The notes under the pieces: model-generated
Seen by the model: the letters and a program-made list of their open reading frames with translations, nothing else
What the model was told of the DNA's origin: nothing
The model's database searches: none
Position numbers and translations under genes: made by a program
Source of the DNA: Oscillospiraceae bacterium
Lineage (GTDB): Bacteria > Bacillota > Clostridia > Oscillospirales > Oscillospiraceae
Reading direction: 5' to 3'
Length of the DNA stretch: 64,000 bases
NCBI GenBank assembly: GCA_902787755.1
Contig: CADAHL010000005.1
Coordinates: forward strand, 19,524-83,523
Shown here: positions 59,496 through 64,000 of the stretch, piece after piece
How the letters are laid out: each line of letters begins with the position of its first letter
Numbering within the stretch: position 1 is the stretch's first letter

Positions 59496-60856
59496 GTGTC
59501 CGCCTCAACGATCTCGTCCAGGTCCTTCAGACGGCCCGCGGCGGTGACGATCACCGCGTGGTCCCCGGCCAGGATCTCCGTATTGCCGTCGGGGATCAGG
59601 CACTTGCTGCCCCGGATGATCCCGGCTACCAGGATATTCTTCTTCAGCTTCAGCTGCTTCAGAGGCTTGCCGATGCATTTGGCGTCCTCGCCCACTTTGA
59701 ACTCCAGGGCCTCCACTTTGCCGTCGGCCACCCGGTAGAGCGTCTCCATGCTGCTGCCCAGGGAATTGTCCATGGCGCGGACATAGCGGGCGATCTGCTG
59801 GGCCACGATCTCCTTGGGGGTGACCACGCTGTCCAGACCGGAGTTTTCCAGCAGCTCGGAGAAGTGCTCCCGGTTGACCTTGGTGACGATCTTGGACACG
59901 CTGCAGCTTCTGGCGTACAGGGAGGTGACGATATTATCCCCGTCCTCTCCGGTCAGCGCCACAAAGGCGTCGGTGGAGCTCAGACCGTCCTCCAGCAGCA
60001 CGTCGCTGCGGGTGGCGTCGCCGCAGACCACATGGGCCCTGGGGATCAGATCGCACAGCGCCTCGCAGCGCTCCCGGTCCCGTTCCACCACCGTGACGGC
60101 AATGCCGCTCTCGTCCAGCAGCCGGGACAGGTAAACCGCGATGCGTCCGCCGCCCATGATCATCACCTTCCGTACCGGCTTCTTGAAGCGGCCGGTGGCC
60201 ACGAAGAAGCGGCGGAGTTCCCGGGAAGAGCCGGTGATGCTCAGCCGGTCCCCGTCCTTCAGCGTAAAGCTGCCGTTGGGGATCAGAGCTTCGCCGCCCC
60301 GCTCCACCACGCTGATCAGGATCTTGGCGCCGAACTTCCCCACCAGGGACTTCAGCTGAAGACCGTTCAGCGGGTCGTCCTTTGTGATTTTGTACTCCAC
60401 GATCTCCAGGCTGCCCTTGGAGAAGGCGTCCACCCGCACCGCACTGGGCAGGCGAAGAATGCGGGAGATCTCCTTGGCGCACTCGTATTCCGGATTCATG
60501 ATCACGGACAGGCCCAGCGCCTCCCGCAGAAACTCGGTCTGGCCCAGGTACTCCGGGTCCCGGATCCGGGCGATCACGTGGCGGGTGCCCAGACGGCGGG
60601 CAGAGATGCCGCAGACCATGTTCACCGCGTCTTCCTCGGTGGCGGCCATGAGCAGATCCGCGTCGGCCGCTCCGGCCTCCCGGAGGACCTCCGGATTGGT
60701 GGCGCTGCCCTCTACGCAGATCACGTCCAGCTCATTGGACAGGGTGCTGATGGTGTCGGGATCCTGGTCGATGATGGTCACGTCGTGGCCCTCGTCGGCC
60801 AGAATCGCGGCAACGGCGTGGCCGATCTTGCCGGCGCCGGCGATGATAATTTTCAT
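59492..60856 (-). CDS. trkA: Trk system NAD-binding protein TrkA (tandem RCK domains)
   Basis: MKIIIAGAGKIGHAV and a second IMGGGRIAVYL Rossmann motif. A 4-nt overlap joins it to trkH. Confidence 0.95.
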   Translation of the reverse strand: MKIIIAGAGKIGHAVAAILADEGHDVTIIDQDPDTISTLSNELDVICVEGSATNPEVLREAGAADADLLMAATEEDAVNMVCGISARRLGTRHVIARIRDPEYLGQTEFLREALGLSVIMNPEYECAKEISRILRLPSAVRVDAFSKGSLEIVEYKITKDDPLNGLQLKSLVGKFGAKILISVVERGGEALIPNGSFTLKDGDRLSITGSSRELRRFFVATGRFKKPVRKVMIMGGGRIAVYLSRLLDESGIAVTVVERDRERCEALCDLIPRAHVVCGDATRSDVLLEDGLSSTDAFVALTGEDGDNIVTSLYARSCSVSKIVTKVNREHFSELLENSGLDSVVTPKEIVAQQIARYVRAMDNSLGSSMETLYRVADGKVEALEFKVGEDAKCIGKPLKQLKLKKNILVAGIIRGSKCLIPDGNTEILAGDHAVIVTAAGRLKDLDEIVEADT

Positions 60857-60888
60857 ATGACTTCACCTCAAGAGAAAGGTTCCCGAAA

Positions 60889-60917
60889 ATTATATCACCG
60901 AAACTTCGGTTTGTACA
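60889..60917 (-). promoter_or_regulatory. Candidate trkA-trkH promoter with a palindrome in the spacer
   Basis: The minus strand reads TGTACA, a 17 nt spacer, then TGATATAAT. The spacer contains ACCGAAgtTTCGGT, a 6-2-6 palindrome at 60897-60910. Confidence 0.45.
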
Positions 60918-60925
60918 GACGGCCC

Positions 60926-60954
60926 TTGCGGAAAACGCCTCTTCCGGGTATAAT
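60926..60954 (+). promoter_or_regulatory. Candidate promoter of the DUF2461 - GT2 - acyltransferase genes
   Basis: TTGCGG, a 17 nt spacer, then TATAAT. Confidence 0.55.
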
Positions 60955-60984
60955 GGCAGGGAGTCCAAAGAAAGAGGAACAACT

Positions 60985-61686
60985 ATGTTTGAAGGATTTA
61001 CCCAGGAGACCAGCGAGTTTCTCTGGGAGCTGAGCTTCCACAACGAGAGGCCCTGGTTCCTGGAGCACAAGGAGCAGTTTGAGCGGGTGCTGAACCGGCC
61101 CTTCAAGGCCCTGGCGGAGGATACCCTGGAGAAAATGCGGGAGCTGTATCCGGAAAAGGGCATGCAGGCCCACGTCTCCCGGATCTACCGGGACGCCCGG
61201 CGGCTCTTCGGCCGGGGGCCCTACAAGGATCATCTCTGGTTCACCGTCAAGGGAGACGGCAGCTATCAGGAGGGACCCATGTTCTGGTTTGAGATCCACG
61301 CCGCCACCTACAGCTACGGCCTGGGCTTCTTCGACGTGACCCCGGCGGAGATGGAGCGTTTTCGCCGCACCATAGACGCCGACCCCGCCCGCTTTGAGCG
61401 CCTGGCGGAACAGGTCCGGCGGGACGGACGCTTTCGGGTCATCGGCCAGGAGTACAGCCGCCAAAAGGGCGACTACGCCGAGCCGGTGCGCTCTTATTAC
61501 AACCGCAGGTACCTGGGGCTGGAATGCCAGAAGGATTTTGGAGGAGAACTCTTCCGCCCCGAGCTGCCGGAAATCCTGGCCCAGGCGTATCGAAGCCTGA
61601 TGCCCATGTACGAATATTTCCTCTCGGTCCACAACGCGGCCAAGGCTGCCGGGGAGACCTGGGAGACGAGGAGAAGCCATGGATAA
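60985..61686 (+). CDS. DUF2461 (TIGR02453) family protein
   Basis: FLWELSFHNERPWFLEHKEQFE and SRIYRDARRLFGRGPYKDHLW are the typical pattern. Confidence 0.85.
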   Translation: MFEGFTQETSEFLWELSFHNERPWFLEHKEQFERVLNRPFKALAEDTLEKMRELYPEKGMQAHVSRIYRDARRLFGRGPYKDHLWFTVKGDGSYQEGPMFWFEIHAATYSYGLGFFDVTPAEMERFRRTIDADPARFERLAEQVRRDGRFRVIGQEYSRQKGDYAEPVRSYYNRRYLGLECQKDFGGELFRPELPEILAQAYRSLMPMYEYFLSVHNAAKAAGETWETRRSHG

Positions 61687-62725
61687 GACGACGAAGCCTC
61701 TGGTGACCATCATCATCCCGGCCTGGAACGCTCAGAGGGACATTGAGGCCTCGGTCCGCTCCGCCCTGGGCCAGACCTATAAAAACCTCCGGGTCCTGGT
61801 GGCGGACGACGGCTCCACCGACCGGACCCCGGAGATCCTGGACCGGATGGCGGCGAAGGACGAGCGCCTGGTGGTGCTGCATCTGACAAACGGCGGCCCT
61901 GCCGCCGCCCGGAACCGTGCTCTGGACCGGCTGCCGGAGGGGACGGACTATGTGATGTTCCAGGACGCGGATGACCTGCTGGCCCCGGATACCGTGGAAT
62001 ATGCCCTGGCCGCCGCCGAACGGGGCGCGGAGATGGTGCTCTTCGGCTTTGCCATCCGGGAACTGGACGGCTCCCTCCGGCCCTACTGCGAACTGGAGCA
62101 GGCGCTGGACCGGGAGAGCCTGGGGCAGGCCCTGGGCAAGCTCTACAAGGCCAATCTGCTCAACCAGGTCTGGGCCAAGCTCTACGCGGTCCGGCTGGTG
62201 CGGGACTGCGGCATCCGCTTTCCGGACTACCGCTGGGGCGAGGACCGGCTGTTCGTGTTCCAGGCGCTGCGGCAGGCGAAAAGCCTGAGCGTGCTGCCGG
62301 AATGCAAGTACGAGTATGTCATGCACCAGGGAGAGAGCCTGATCACCCGGTATTACGACAAGAAGTTTCCGGTCTGCTGTGAGATCGACCGGCAGGTCCA
62401 GGCCCTGTGCGGAGAGCTGAAGGTCGCTGACGACGGGGATTTCCGCTACATGTTCGCCAAGAGCGTCTTTTCCTGCCTGACCAATCTCTTTGCCGCCTCC
62501 TGCCCCCTGGATCGGGCGGGCAAACGGGCGGCGGCGGAGAGAATCCTCCGGGAGCCCCAGGTGAAGGAGCGCTTGACGGGAGTGCCCGGGGGCCTGTCCG
62601 TAAAGCTCCTGAGCGCCGTCGTGCGCTCCGGGAGCGTGGGACTGAATCTGCTGACCTTCCGGACGGTGACGGCGGTGAGCCGCCTGGCGCCCGGCCTGGT
62701 CATCCGCATCAAGCACAGGAAGTGA
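61679..62725 (+). CDS. Family 2 glycosyltransferase
   Basis: VTIIIPAWNAQRDIEASVRSALGQTYKNLRVLVADDGSTD, with a DAD motif (FQDADDLL). Confidence 0.9.
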   Translation: MDKTTKPLVTIIIPAWNAQRDIEASVRSALGQTYKNLRVLVADDGSTDRTPEILDRMAAKDERLVVLHLTNGGPAAARNRALDRLPEGTDYVMFQDADDLLAPDTVEYALAAAERGAEMVLFGFAIRELDGSLRPYCELEQALDRESLGQALGKLYKANLLNQVWAKLYAVRLVRDCGIRFPDYRWGEDRLFVFQALRQAKSLSVLPECKYEYVMHQGESLITRYYDKKFPVCCEIDRQVQALCGELKVADDGDFRYMFAKSVFSCLTNLFAASCPLDRAGKRAAAERILREPQVKERLTGVPGGLSVKLLSAVVRSGSVGLNLLTFRTVTAVSRLAPGLVIRIKHRK

Positions 62726-62728
62726 GCC

Positions 62729-63757
62729 ATGAAAACAGCCAAACGTGAACTGGAGCTGGATCTGCTGCGGATCCTGTCCCTGCTGGCGGTGATGGTGATG
62801 CATGCCCGCACCACCGGGGCCGCCATGCCCACGGATCCCTTCGGCAAGCTGATGATCCACGCCATCTGGGCTTCCGTCACCTGGTGCGTGCCCTGCTTTG
62901 TGATGATCTCCGGCCGCTTTTTCCTGGATCCGGACCGGAACGTGACCATCGGAAGCATCTTTCGCCGCTCCCTGCCCCGGATCGTTCTGGCCTTTGTGTT
63001 CTGGTCGGCGGTCTATCAGCCCTTCTTCCATTATGTGATGCACTGGGACACGGACTGGCACAGCATGTTCTCCCAGTTTCTGGTGGGAGCCTATCACATG
63101 TGGTATCTGTTCCTCATCGCCGGGCTGTATCTGATCGCGCCGCTGCTGCGGCCCATCGCCCGGGAGGAAAAGCTGAGCCTGTATTTTATGGCCCTGTTTC
63201 TTCTCATGAACTTCCTGACGGAATATGGGGTGTACCTGCCCCACGTCAGCTGGGCCTTGAAGCAGATCCTGGAGTATGCCCACATCCACATGGTCCTCAG
63301 CTACAGCGGCTATTTTCTGCTGGGCTGGGTGATCTACCGGACGAAGCTGCCCCGATGGGCCGAGCTGGGCCTGTATGCCCTGGGCCTGGCCGCCTGGCTG
63401 TTTACCACCTTCGGCGGGGCCTTCCTGCCGGTGCCGGAGGGGGAGGACGAGTTTTTCTTCCAGCTGTATATGCGCCCCAACGTGGTGCTGGAGTCCGCGG
63501 CGCTGTACTGTTTCTTTGTCAAGCGGGTCTCCCGGCTGCGCTTCTCCCAAGGGGCGAGCCGGATCATCAGCCTGCTGTCGGAGCTGAACTTCGGCATGTA
63601 TCTGAGCCATATCCTGTTTCTGGAGACCCTGGTGCTGTTCTGTCCGGGGATCAACGTGTTCCTCTGGGTGCCCATTGAGGTGGCGATCGCCTTCCTGGGC
63701 AGCGCGGTCCTTACCTGGATCCTGAAGCGGATCCCGCTGCTGAGAAAGGTCTGCTGA
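62729..63757 (+). CDS. Acyltransferase 3 family membrane protein
   Basis: ELDLLRILSLLAVMVMHA N-terminus and about 10 TM segments. Confidence 0.88.
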   Translation: MKTAKRELELDLLRILSLLAVMVMHARTTGAAMPTDPFGKLMIHAIWASVTWCVPCFVMISGRFFLDPDRNVTIGSIFRRSLPRIVLAFVFWSAVYQPFFHYVMHWDTDWHSMFSQFLVGAYHMWYLFLIAGLYLIAPLLRPIAREEKLSLYFMALFLLMNFLTEYGVYLPHVSWALKQILEYAHIHMVLSYSGYFLLGWVIYRTKLPRWAELGLYALGLAAWLFTTFGGAFLPVPEGEDEFFFQLYMRPNVVLESAALYCFFVKRVSRLRFSQGASRIISLLSELNFGMYLSHILFLETLVLFCPGINVFLWVPIEVAIAFLGSAVLTWILKRIPLLRKVC

Positions 63758-63766
63758 GCGCAAGAC

Positions 63767-64000
63767 TCAGGTCCCGCGCAGCTCTGTTCCGGGATAGTAA
63801 TGGCGGAGGATCTCCCGGTAATCCGAGCCGGCCTCGGCCATGAGCTTGGCGCCGTACTGGCTCATGCCCACGCCGTGGCCGTTTCCCGCCACCGTGAAGG
63901 TGAAGCGCCCGTCGGCATAGTCCAGGGTGAAGGCCGTGGAGCGCAGGGAAAAGAGCCGGCGCAGCTCCGTAGCCGGGATCTCCACGCCGCCGATCACCGC
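63767..64000 (-). CDS. spoIID: SpoIID/LytB-domain protein (stage II sporulation protein D-like), C-terminal fragment; N-terminus lies beyond the window
   Basis: [36 protein letters not shown] is the conserved SpoIID C-terminus. Confidence 0.8.
   Translation of the reverse strand, partial: AVIGGVEIPATELRRLFSLRSTAFTLDYADGRFTFTVAGNGHGVGMSQYGAKLMAEAGSDYREILRHYYPGTELRGT

Noticed and set aside
1-64000. Mobile genetic elements, prophage, integrative island or toxin-antitoxin modules
   Set aside because: No integrase, transposase, recombinase, phage structural or TA-like gene was recognisable. The GIY-YIG protein is the small stand-alone UPF0213 type, not a homing endonuclease within an intron or intein. 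Composition is uniform apart from short AT-rich promoter gaps.

Overview
GC-rich, strongly GC3-biased chromosomal segment. It looks like a spore-forming Clostridia genome, possibly Oscillospiraceae-like; this taxonomic placement is inference only. Supporting genes are a spoIID fragment, a ytvI-like gene, ylmC, a noc-like parB, hrcA-grpE-dnaK-dnaJ with a CIRCE operator, and rpmG-secE-nusG-rplK-rplA. I call 67 densely packed protein genes. I saw no rRNA, tRNA, CRISPR array, transposase, integrase or prophage genes.

Observations most worth a second look:
1. 0.5-12.6 kb: a MOP-type molybdopterin aldehyde oxidoreductase sits inside a tightly coupled accessory cassette. The cassette holds a MocA-type NTP transferase fused to an HTH, two Cys-rich GCxxxG-type proteins, an Fe-S/CCG protein, a 4-Cys zinc ribbon, a SAM methyltransferase, a zinc-ribbon radical SAM enzyme and a PaaK-like adenylating ligase. 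I know of no biochemical role for it.
2. A family of roughly 110-120 bp intergenic elements with heptad-built inverted-repeat arms and a multi-hairpin core. There are three full copies and one half copy, each at the 3' end of a minus-strand gene.
3. An orphan MotA/ExbB-like plus MotB/OmpA-like ion-channel pair with long coiled coils, divergent from a peptidoglycan peptidase gene.
4. Two tandem paralogous leucine-rich-repeat surface proteins.
5. An unexplained 0.5 kb structured GC-rich intergenic region upstream of a HAD hydrolase gene.

Many very long ORFs in the track are antisense artefacts of the high GC content and were rejected. All coordinates, starts and motifs were read by eye; no database search was run.
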